A DNA stretch of 64,000 nt, taken from NCBI RefSeq assembly GCF_016432865.1, contig NC_067400.1, positions 612,932,001 to 612,996,000 on the forward strand, given 5' to 3'. Under the pieces are notes generated by a model that saw only the letters and a list, made by a program, of their open reading frames with translations, did not search any database and was not told the origin of the DNA. The DNA is from Antechinus flavipes (taxonomy: Eukaryota). A program made the position numbers and the translations under genes. Positions 12,696-24,400 of the stretch are shown here, piece by piece. Each line of letters opens with the position of its first letter. Within the stretch, counting starts at the first letter, position 1.

Positions 12696-14030
12696 ATGAT
12701 GCTTCGGCAGGCTCTCCCCTTGCTGCTTTCTGCCCTGATGTCAGGGGCGATGTCGAAGTCCCTGGCCCCGACTCCCAACAGCTTTCCCCCCGAGAGGAGC
12801 TGCCAGATGAGCCAGTTCAAGTCTCTTTCGCCTCGGGAGCTGGAAGCCTTCAAGGTGGCCCAGAATGCCTATGTAAGTTCCTGGAGGGCTTTTTGTACTC
12901 CACTCCTGCCACCTCCCACTTCCCGGGAAGGGGGTGGGGGGCGGGGGTGGGGTCTAACCTCGATCTCTTTTACTGTGCTCCAATACTCATCTCTCGCACT
13001 TAGGTCTAACGTTGATCCTTCCTTCTTGAGCTCTGTCCCTTTCTGTGTTTCTAATCTCCGTCCTACATCGCAAGGACCTAGAAGGGTCACAAGCCTTTAA
13101 CGTCTTCCTCTTCATCCCCTCAAGGAGAAGACCATGCTTCAGACGGAGAGGAAATGTAGCTCCAGATTCTTCCACAGAAACTGGGACCTTCGGCAGCTGC
13201 CGGTAAGAAGGGGCGCTCCCCACCTGTCAGTCCCATATCACCTTTCTCCAAAATCTGTCGCATCTCCATTTCTCTCCGCCTTCTGTCGGTCCTCCCCCAG
13301 TCTCTTCCCCTGTCCCCTTCATCAGCCTCTCCCTCACAACGCCTCTCATCTCTCCCCTCACAGCTGTCAGTTCGGCCAGTGCTCTTAGAGGCTGAGCTGA
13401 AATTGACTCTGGAGGTCTTGAAAGCCGTAACCAAGCCGGAGTTGGACAGCGTTCTGGCTCAGCCCCTACAAACGCTCAGCCACATCCACCAAGAGATCCA
13501 AAGCTGTGTGAGTACCGGAGGGTGGGCGGGGCTTCCCTGGACCAATGGGCATGGAGCTGTTCCCTGTCTCTCAGGTGCCTGGTTCCTTTGCAGTGAGGCT
13601 GAGAGACTGCAATACCTGGATCTCTCCTCCCCCCACCCATCAAACGCCTGGGTTCCCTGCGCTTTTATCAAGTCCACTCTCTCCCTACACAGGTGACTTC
13701 CCAGCCCTCTAAAGAACAAAGGCTTCCAGGACGCCTGAAGAATTGGCTGAACAAATTCAGTGAGGCCAGAAAGGTAAGTTAGAAAAGCTTCAGATCTACA
13801 ACTAGCACCTGGGGATCCAAGGGAGGAGTCAGAGGGGACCCCAGAGTCTGGGCAGCAAGAGACTCTGTCTCCCTCTGAGGGACTCAGGATTCCCCGGAGG
13901 ACACTTACCCCTGTGTCTATTCTCTTCTCTTCAGGAGCCTCACAATTGCCTCGAAGCATCCATCATGCTCAATCTCTTCCGACTCTTGCTCCAAGACCTC
14001 CGATGTGTAGCCTATGGGGACCTATGTTGA
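12696..14030 (+). CDS. IFNL3: Interferon lambda (IFNL2/3-like), copy 2, intact, 191 aa
   Basis: Exons 12696-12872, 13125-13202, 13364-13507, 13693-13773, 13935-14030. There are six CDS nucleotide differences from copy 1: four silent, plus L30F and H142Q. Confidence 0.97.
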
Positions 14031-17000
14031 AGTTCCAGACCCAGCTTGAGGTCTGAGACTGAACTTTTGCACTCCAAATATTATTTATGGAACAACACCC
14101 TTCTAATTTATTCATTCCCTCCACCCCTAACACTCACATACTTTATATGCCAGAGGATAGTTTTGTACTTTTGTATTTTTTCTATATTTTGTTAAATAAA
14201 TAAGAAAACACACAAAAAATATTGAAAGCTCGTCTGTCATTTTGTAGTTGTTTTCTGTGTGACTGTTTGTGGCTTTAAGCAAGTGTGGTTGTGGGTTTTT
14301 GTGTGTGGCTCTGAGCAGGTGAGTTTGTGGATTTGTAGGTTTGTGTGCGCAATTGTAGATCTGTATGTGGCTGTGAACAGGTAGGGTTATGAATGTGTGA
14401 ATGCAATTGTGGGTTTGTGTATATAGTCAGAGGGCTGGGTATGGCTGTGAGCTGGTGGAATTGTGGGTTTGTATGTGTGGGTATAAGTGGGACTGTAGGA
14501 TGTGTGCGTTGACCTGGATCTCTGTGTGGCTGCAGTCCGGGTCTCCTTTGACCTCGCTTGTGGGCTCCACTTTGCTGGGAAGGTAGTATCTGGGCTGGAA
14601 AATTAGATTGCATTTAATAGGGACTCTAGTCGATCAATCCTGCCTGACTCTGAGTGAGCCCCTTGGACATAGGTGATAGGGACCAGGAATCGTGTACCCT
14701 CTTAGCGGAGCCAGCTGGATGCTGGGCTTGGGAGACCATTAGACATAAAGAGATTTCTTGATTCAGCGTCCTCCCTTGAGAAAGAAGACAGTCCATGGAA
14801 TTTGTGCATCTTGCCTCACTTGAAGAACAAAGACCCTATGGCATTTACACACAAATTTGCTTCTCCCTCTTCCTCAATCAGAGCAACTAAAGATGGAACA
14901 TAAAATAAAGGGGGATGGGGCAGAAAACAGAGTAATGATCGAAATGATGATTAAATAACAAATTATTGCAGAGATTTCTGACCTTACCCAAAATTTGGGC
15001 TACCTATCCTGTCTAGGGGGAGCTGTTTGCCCATTCAAGTAGGAAAACCTTTCCAAGAGATTCTAGTCCCAAGAAATGAAGTCTTCTGTGTTTTAGCCTG
15101 CCAAGACTGAGGAGAGGCAGAACCCTTTTGTCAAGACTGCCCTAGATAGGGTTAGTTTGGATAAGAGTAAAGTCTCTTTGTCTAAGACTGAGTGATCCAA
15201 TCAAATTCCCCCATTCCCTCATTAAGAGAAGCCCACCTCTCATTATAATATTCATTCTTCTCATGAATTTTTAAGCTATCGGTTAGTGCCATCCTTAGGA
15301 ACAACTCTGATTCCCAAGTGTATATAAGCATTGACTGGCTTCCATGAGGAGTCTTTGGCACCCAGAAATGCCACTGATCCAAATGTCAAAGACCACTTTT
15401 AAATAATTAGGCTGCTATATGTATGTATGTGTGAAAAAAGAATCCAAAATAGGGGTCACAGAGAGTCAGGCAGGAATGAAACAATTCAACAAGAGTCAAT
15501 GGACATTTCTTTTGTTTCCAGTTTTTTCTACTAGAAAAAAATATATGTTAAAATTAGCTAGATGGTACAGTGGTTAAAGTATGGGCCTTGAAGTCAGGAG
15601 GATCTGAGTTCAAATGTGATCAGACACTTAAGACTTCCTAGCTATGTGAACCTGGGCAAGTCACTTAACCCTTACTTCCTCATGCAAAAAAAAAGGTGTA
15701 ATATTATATATAGATATATAGATTCTTATTTCATATCAATGAGCTCTCTGGGGTATATGTCTAGCAATAGAATCTGGGTCAAAGAGCATGGACTAAAAGC
15801 TAAAAATCTTCTTCATTTGCATAAGACATAATTGCTTTTTTAAATGATTGTACTAATTCACAACTCCACCAACAATGCATTTATGTACTATCCAGTACTT
15901 GTCCAAAAACTGACTTTTTCCAGTTTTTGTCATCTTTGACAATTCTCTGGGGAGGAAGTAAAACCTCAGAGTTGTTTTGATTTGCCTTCCACTTATCAGT
16001 GATTTGAGGTATTTTCTTATGTGATTGTATTCGTTTGTAATTTTTCTTCTGAGAACTGCTCACTATTCTAACAACTTTTGACCATGTTTCTGTTGGGAAC
16101 TGTCTATTAAAGTTACGTTCACTGGAGGGACCTTTGTTGAAGCATAATCCATAGGCAGGTCTGTGAATCTGATGTAGTAGTCACTTCCTTCTGCACCCCG
16201 CCCCCCCACCCCACCCCCTACCTTTATCCCCAGCCAGAGATCCATCCTGATACCTGCAAGTACCAAATTAGGAAGACTCAACTAAAGAAGTGTAGGTCTC
16301 AGAGAAAGGAGATTACTGTGGCATTTTTACTTTCTGGGAAGGGTATGTACGCAACAGGGTAGTAGCACAAGTCTTGAGGAGATTGGGAGGCCCTGAAAAC
16401 AACATCAAATTCAGTTCTTTTCCATTGAGAGGTGATGGATTTTTCTCTTTCTGTTTTGGTTCATTCACTTTTATATCTTTAGCATCTTAGGTGTGTTTTC
16501 TACATGATCAAATACAAGTTGCCTCATCCCTAAAGTTCATATTATACATTAAATACCTGTATGAGTTGGGGGCTCTCTTACCTACATTTAGATTAACTGA
16601 GTCATGCGCTATGGTTTATTTTGGAGTTTTTCCTGCATTAATTCCAGGTGTGTGTGTGGGGAAGATGAAAGAAAAGAAACTGACTTCTTTGGATTCCTTC
16701 AGATTAGGAATATTTCCTGTGAGTTTATAATTTTCATGGGGCAGTGAGGAAGAGGTTCCCAAGTTGCCAATACACATGAAGATTAAATTATTTAAGATAA
16801 GGGAAAAAATATGCTGAACAATCAAAGCAGTGTTGCCCATTTGAAAGCGTTATTGACATCCCCAAATAGAAAATGGATGGGCGAACAGATATTGACCCAG
16901 ATAATAAAAGTTTCTAGAGAAGTTTAGCCTGTGTAAATCAAAGGACTCTATAAACCACTTGAGTCAGCAAATGTCTGATCTATTTGCCAAGTGGAGAGAT

Positions 17001-20000
17001 GTGGTAGCTAAGGGCAGTACCAATTTTACAATATAAAACGGTAAGTTGGTAAGGAAGAGTTTGAGCAGTATCAACTCAGGAAACAGCGAGAAGCAGAGAA
17101 ATTTGGAGAAAGCTTGGCAGGATCTTGGCAACTAAAAACATTCATCATGAGGACATTTAAAGATGAAAGTGGAAATAACAAAAGATTAAAGTCCAGAAAG
17201 AGAAGTAAATATTTTCATGTAACACCTGTGGACAGTGTGTGACACTTGATGAGTACTCCTTGTGTCAACTGGTCCACAGCAGCTGTGTAAGAAGTCTATG
17301 TCATCGATTTTCGTGTCATCATCTTGAAACCCACAGGAAATCAGTATTCCTTGATTCAGTGGGGGGGTGGGGAGGGGAGGGAGAGGCCAGCATATTTGAA
17401 CTGTCCCCCAGATGGTGCTATAGATTCAAGTCACCAACCAAGTGGTCTCATCAGGGTCTCTGGCACCAAACCTCCCCCAACCCACCAAGCAGTCTGGCTC
17501 TAAACAAATGTGCAAGTAAGCCAAAACAAAACTTGATCAAAAGAAAATCTATTCTGACCAGGTTCTGAATGGAGATTAGAGGGTTATGAAATATTAAAAA
17601 CATTAAAATATGAAATCATTGGTCTCCACAGAACTCAAAGTCCCCCAACGCTTCATCTGGTCTTTATCCGTTGAAACAACCTCTTTTCTCTCAATTCATA
17701 AGGCTATAGCCACATAACAAAAAATGTAGGAAAAAGGGTTCAGTGTGCTTCCTTGGAGTATTTTCAACCCCAAACTTATCACCAAACTTCCTTTTCCTTG
17801 CCTTATTGCCATTTTTTTTTTGAGTTGTCAGAGGGACAATTTCAAAACACCTGTACTCTGACTCTGCAGGTCATGAAAAAAGAACAAGTGTATATTTGTG
17901 GGAAATTGTGGGGAGGAGAATTGTATGTCTGAAACCCCACCTCAGGTACTGAATTAAGATCAGTGGAAGATTTGGAAAGAGAAGGTGGTAGATGGGTGTC
18001 CCTAGCTCCTTCCCCACCAAAAGGATTTTCAAAAGCTGAACCTTCTAGCCACTAGTCTACCATTACCATGGGTCTTGACTGTTCCAACTGGTGGATCCCA
18101 GCTCTCCCAGGACAGTCCTGATTGCAGCAAGTCCCTACAACCTGCCCCACTCCCCACATCTTCAAAGGGTGTCAGGAAATCTCTCTTGAGATCAAAGAGG
18201 GACACAAGGGAGAAAATTAATTTTAGGCAAAAGCAACAGTCTCCCTTCCCTTTTCCAATGTTAGGCTTTCCTTCTTGTCATGGAGCTCTAATTCAACAAG
18301 ATATTATCCCACAGCCTTGTAATGATGTTTCCCCACACTCGTGGGCATGTTTTTGGTGAGCAATGCTCCTCCCTTTTTTCCATCCTCAAACAGTCAAACC
18401 CAAAGGCACTGTGTGGGGCACAGTTAAATCTTTTCACTATCAAGGATAGTTGATCTATCTGGCCTCTAATAGCATAGTCCCAGATGTGCTAAGAGAGCCA
18501 ATGGAAATAGCAAAGAAGAAAACAGAGATGTGGGCTAGAGGCAACCCAGTTATGAAGATGTTGAAAGGATATTCCCAGAGTATGTGAACCCAAGGGTGCC
18601 ATTTGTTACGGGAGCCTCCTGTTATTGGCTGCTGAGGATCTACTTCTCCATTTTTTGTTTTATGGGGACACAATTATTTTCCCCCAACTGCATGGTCTCT
18701 TCGTTTGTCCAGGAAGGTCAAGGGCTGTTATCCGAGTCTGAATGTTGAGGAATGCAAAGAGCACTATCAAAGTCTTTTTGTCCTATTCTGGATGGTTGCA
18801 GAGGGAGACGCTATAGTAGGTATTGAGTCTTGTGAGATGTCACGGAGGCAAACTTTCTGACAGATTGAGAAGTAGTCAGAACAGGCATTTTTCATAACTC
18901 TCTCCTCAGTCTCCTGGCTTGACCCTTTGGTGCGTTGGCCCATTTTAATTACCCCAACTGAAAAAGTCTTACCAGCTCTCTTCTCCTTTTCCTTCCCCAC
19001 AGGTTACAGCAGGAATTCTCCCAGGAGGATCCCATTCACGAACAGCTCTCAAGCACTGCTGCTGCTGCTGCTGCTTCTTTGTTTCTTATGATTCGGGTGC
19101 CCCACGCTGGGCGCCATTTGTTCCTGAAGCCTCCTGTTAGTGGCTGTTGGGGATCTACTTCTGACCATCAGAATAGATCCTTTCATGTGAGTGGATGATA
19201 TCAATACAAAGAGACTGAGAGGCAGTTGCAATCTCTGATCTCCCTCCTTTTCCTCTTTTGCCTCCAATTGATTTCATTCCCAATCCACAAACAACATCTG
19301 TGTCAATAAAAGCTGATTTGCAATTGCTTCAGTTATGTTAGGATTCACCGTTGTGGGGGCTTTCTGGAGAACTGACCTGCCCCTTCCCACTCAGGCACAA
19401 TCCTTAACAGTTCCCCGTTTTTTGTTTTGTTTCCATTGCTTCAAGCAACAGGTTATTTTAGCTTTCTAGAGAAATTCCATAGTCTCTTCAAAGATGAAGA
19501 ATGATAACTGGTCGGGCTGTGATGTGTAATTGGACATACAGTGTATGAAACTGGTTTTGCAGTATACCTATTTTGTACATCCATTGCTAATAGACGAAGA
19601 GCTGGGTCGATAATTGTAAAGGAAAAAGAAAGTAGAAACAGTCGCTTTTGGGAAATTACACTATTATTTTCATAACTTTAACCTTCTCCCAGAAAAAAAA
19701 GGCGCCCAAGAACAGTAACATTTATATGTTTATAAGAAGTGCAAAACAATTTACATACATTGCTTTGATTCTCCCCAAAACTTTGTGAATAAAGTGTTAC
19801 AAATATTATTGCCTCCATTTTATACACGAGAACTAAAGCAGAGAGAAATTACAGTTTGCTCTAGTTCACACAGATTTCCAGAGGAGGAGATATTTGGCTA
19901 ACGAGTCACTGGGTAGAGGGGCAGCTCGATGGCAGTGGATAGAACACCGGCTCTAAAGTCAGGCTGACCTGAGTTCAGATTCAACCTCAATCACTTAACA

Positions 20001-20377
20001 TTTCCTACCTGTGTGGGCTATTCACTTAACCCCAATCGTCTCTGTACAAAGAGAAAAGTTAATTAAGAGATTTGGATACAGGAAAAATTTGGAGGAAATT
20101 GATAGGGCAAAAAAGGGGAGAAGGAGGAAGCTGAGAGTAAAAGATTGGAAGGGAACCAGAGGAAAAAGGGAGAGATGCACTGGAGCAGGAGTGCCGGCAG
20201 AGAAAGATCTAAGGGACAAAGAAGGGAAGAAAAAGAAGGGTTATGGGCAGAAGTCTGAAAGGGGGAGAGGGCCCTCGAGGAGGGAAGATACACCCCACCC
20301 GGGGCATGAACTGCTGCTTTTGTATAACCACTGGCTACAAGACCACTTAACAGCCAGTCCTTGGGCTGAATCTTGCT

Positions 20378-20395
20378 CTTTCAGTTTCCCTTTCC
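20378..20395 (+). promoter_or_regulatory. Perfect ISRE in IFN-lambda copy 3 promoter
   Basis: tttcAGTTTCCCTTTCC (core 20383-20395) fits AGTTTCNNTTTCY. Copies 1 and 2 read tttcCGTTTCCCTCTCC at the homologous site. Confidence 0.7.
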
Positions 20396-20889
20396 TAGTA
20401 CCCACCCTTTTTACACCTGGCCCCGCCCCTTTCCCAGCTAGATTTTTATAATCCCTTTCCATTTTTCAGACATCAGGGGAATCTCCGGCTTGGTCGCTTA
20501 AAAGTGCGGGGATGAAGCGGTCTCCTGAGACACTTGCAGCCTCATCTCTCCAAGGCCATGATGCCTCCGCAGGCTCTCCCCTTGCTGCTTTCTGCCCTGA
20601 TGTCAGGGGCGATGTCGAAGTCCCTGGCCCCGAATCCCAACAGCCCTCCCCCCGACAGGAGCTGCCAGATGAGCCAGTTCAAGTCTCTTTCGCCTCGGGA
20701 GCTGGAAGCCTTCAAGGTGGCCAAGGATGCCTATGTAAGTTCCTGGAGGGCTTTTTGTTCTCCACTCCTGCCACCTCCCACTTCCCGGGAAAGGGGTGGG
20801 GGGCGGGGGTGGGGTCTAACCTCGATCTCTTTTAATGTGCTCCCAATACTCATCTCTCGCACTTAGGTCTAACGTTGATCCTTCCTTCT

Positions 20890-21427
20890 TGTGGGGAATA
20901 GATAAGGTGAAGAACTTACAGGAATGTATGAATTCTTTTTCTGTATTTTATTATTTCTGTGTCTCCCCTATGACCTGTATATGTGCAGGCTCATATCTAC
21001 TTGAGCCTTGGCCAGCTAGAAACATATTTACTTAACCTGAACTGATGACATTTATTGGTATTTGACATTTATCAATATTTAGTCTATTAGCTGGACCACT
21101 GTCTGCTTGATTAAGCCTGAAGGCCTGACTTTGTTTCCCAGAAATCAGGAGATTTCAGGGAAATAGAAACCTTCCATTCCAATCTCCCCAACTAGCAACA
21201 ACCAATTAGATGCCTCCCCCTCCCCTTCTCAATGCTCTCTTACTTGTGATGTAATTTCTTGTATAAAAGCTATGTATTTTTACTACTTCTTTAGCCCTCC
21301 TACCGCGAGCTTATCTTGCGATGGGACGGCTCATCCTCCGGAGGTTTTTCAATAAACAACTTTTCTGCCTTCTACTGAGGGATCTCTGAGTAGTCATTTT
21401 GGGTAAGGGTCTTCTACATCCCTCACA
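20890..21427 (+). mobile_element. 5' LTR (U3 with GAS/ISRE, CCAAT, TATA; poly(A) signal)
   Basis: GAS 21135-21143 and 21154-21162; ISRE-like 21160-21171; CCAAT 21202-21206; TATAAAA 21262-21268; AATAAA 21351-21356. Confidence 0.95.
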
Positions 21428-21429
21428 GA

Positions 21430-21447
21430 TGGGGGCTCGTCCGGGAT
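21430..21447 (+). promoter_or_regulatory. Primer-binding site, tRNA-Pro
   Basis: TGGGGGCTCGTCCGGGAT is the same 18-mer as the MLV-type tRNA-Pro PBS and lies 2 nt after the LTR-terminal CA. Confidence 0.95.
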
Positions 21448-24400
21448 GGGGTCTTTGGGGGAGATGGCTATGTGCACCCCGAACAGGGACAGGCGCCCAC
21501 GGAGTAGTTTTCTCCATGGTCTCTGGCTCTGGGTGAGCAGCCTCCCTCCCCTCTTAGACAACAACCCGAAGCAGGAATACTCAGTGGAATGCAGAATTGA
21601 AGATTGAAAGAAGTAGAGTCCTGATGGCCGGCATTTGCAGCCTGAAAAGAAACATATGTTCTCGAGGTAAAGCTCTTGGGAAGTCTGGGGGTTTATTGGC
21701 TGGGTCGAGGGAGACCCTGAGGGATTAGCCCTCTTAAATTTATTTTTGGTGTGGACTGCTGTTAACCCCAACGATAAAGGACTTTTCCTAAGGAAGCTCT
21801 CGGGTGGCTGTGGGGGCGTGAGGGTAACATAGGGCCTCCGCCTGGGCGTGAGGATAACATAGGGCCTCCGCCAACACCTGGATCAGGTCCAGGGTGGTAT
21901 AGAAGCAGTCCGAAAATTTGTATCAGGACGTTGGCTAGGAAATTCAAGACTGGAATGAACTTCCCAGATATACAAGGGAAGAAAACTGGGAGGATGTATA
22001 TCCCAGGATTATTTGGGTATATCAGACTTAAATCTGTATGTAAAAGGTGAAAATAGAGTTTTGTGAATGTCTGTGTGTATGTCTGCTTTGCATTGCCTTT
22101 GTTCTGTGTTAAAAGTTAGAAAGCTCATAAGAGATAAGAATTCAGCTCTGTGTTACAGGCTTAGAAAAATATCAGGCTGAATTGTGGGAACTGGAATTCA
22201 TTCAGAGTAGTAATTCTTTCAGAGTGGCTCAGAATGTATTGGTCTTAGAATTTGGGAACTAGTTTTGGGCTTCTCAAGAAAAGAAAATCATTTTTCTCTC
22301 TCTCCCTCTGTCTCTGGCAGTGGCTTTGCAGGAAGGGGGAGAGAAGGGGGAAAAATAAAAACATAGATTGAAAGTTTGTAAAGTTTTGAGAAAAATAGAA
22401 GAACAGTGGCTATCGCTCCTGTAAACAAGGAGCCTGTTATCAGGACTCAGCCAGAGAAAAAAATTCTCAAGGTAAAGCAAGGATTGGTGCTTAACTCTTT
22501 CCTGGTTACTAAAGAAAAGACATGGGAATAAAGTATCTAGGTAAATTTTAGGAAATTTCACAAACTGAAGTACTGGTTAATTTTAAAATAACTTTAAATT
22601 AGTGTGTGTGTTAAGATTGGAAAATTTAAGATCAGAAATAAGAAACTGCAGATATTGGAAGGGAGTAATAAATATAGAGTAAGAGAGGTAAATAGTTGAA
22701 CACAGGGGCGTAATGACCTGTTGGACCTGTGGGAAAACTAGGCATACTTCTAAAGAAAAAATTTGCAGGAAAAGAAAGAAAAATCATCATTAGTAAATTT
22801 GCCTTCATGGAATTAGAGAACAGAAAGTTTAAGAAGATTAAACTGGGTAATTGTTTGCAATATTTGATTAAGAGTTTTGGGAATTTACTATATTTTAAAG
22901 AGGTACTATAATTTTGAAATTGAAATAAAATTAAAATTGGGGGAAATAATTTACTGTTGCCTTACACATGTTAGATTTATTCTGAATATAAAATCTTAAG
23001 AATTTTTCGAATATTGTGGCCTTTACAACTGAAGAGAAAAACTTTTCTTTTTTTTATTATTTGGTTGGACTTCAAATTGAAATATAGGTTATTAAACAAA
23101 ATGCCAGTAGCTTACCTTAGGGGGAGCTTGTGTTTGTATCTCCCTACTTAAATGGTATGTTGCTTTTTAAAAGTATTGAGTAATTTGTAAACTATATTAT
23201 AAGTTTTATGAAATTTGATTCAAAATTAATTGTGAATCTTGAAGTTTAAAGTTTAAAAAAAGATGATTTAAAGACAAGGGAAAAGAGATTGATTTACAAA
23301 AGCAATTAATAGTTTAAATAGAGCATCTAGTCGGAAGGATTTTTGGTTTAGGAGTGTTTAAAGTATGTAATAAATTTTGAGCAAGTAAGCATTGGGAAGA
23401 GAGAGAGACAGAGAGATGGGATAGGAGAATGAAGGTAATTTAAGAAGGATTGATTAGTAGAAACAAATGATTTCAAGAAGTCGTCAGTGGGAAAAAGAAG
23501 GAACTGGTTGGAAAGGGTAGTCACAGAGAGATGGATGTGAGAAGGGATGTGTTTTTGCGGGAGGAGAGAAAGCAAGCAGCAGGGGAAAGCGGCAGCCGCT
23601 TGGTTCCTTTGGCTGAAGAAAACAAATGGTTATTTAAAGAGACAAATTGCTCTTACAAGATGTTAACTGATTGAATATTTGTTTCTTTAGATACATAATG
23701 GTTATGAATATTAAAGAATATGATCAGAAATGTGGTATATAGTTTGAAAGGGTTATTTCAAAAAGTTTAATTGATGTTTTCAAGAACTTTTCAGATTCTT
23801 TTTATGTGAAAATAGGAAGTTTTAATTAACTGTATTGATGCCAATTATCTGAAATGGGACTTTAAGGATAATAGCTTTTGCCTTCTTCCTTTTGAAAATG
23901 TTTTTGTTGTGAACCATATGTAGTTTGGGATTTTTCTGTATATTGGGTATTTTAAAAGCAAAATGATTGGTATATTAAATGTATTCAAGATGCAACATCT
24001 ACTTGGGTATATAAGAATTGTGTGAATTTTCTGGGATAAATTTCTTACTGTTATTGATATAAGGTCATGGTAAATAACTGAGATTTATTTGAAACTTTGA
24101 AGACAAAATTCTTTGGGCTTGTAATTAATGCTATTTGGAAGTTTTAAAGCTCCACTCTTCAGTGTGCTGAAGATTGAGTTTTAACTGCTTATATTATGTT
24201 ATAGTTATGTTCTTGCATTTTTTCCTCCTGTGACTGATTTCTATGATCAGAACAATAGTTAATAAGAACTGTTAATGTAATTCAAATATGTCATACCTTG
24301 CTGTTTCCAATCTGGTTATATGTAATCATTATATCCTAAATACTTAGGCAAATAAGTATTTAGCCTGGTCATTTGTCTGTTACTGGATATTTGTGTTTTA

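Noticed and set aside
21814-21872. 30-bp tandem duplication in the ERV leader
   Set aside because: A common retroviral leader feature; no function can be supported.
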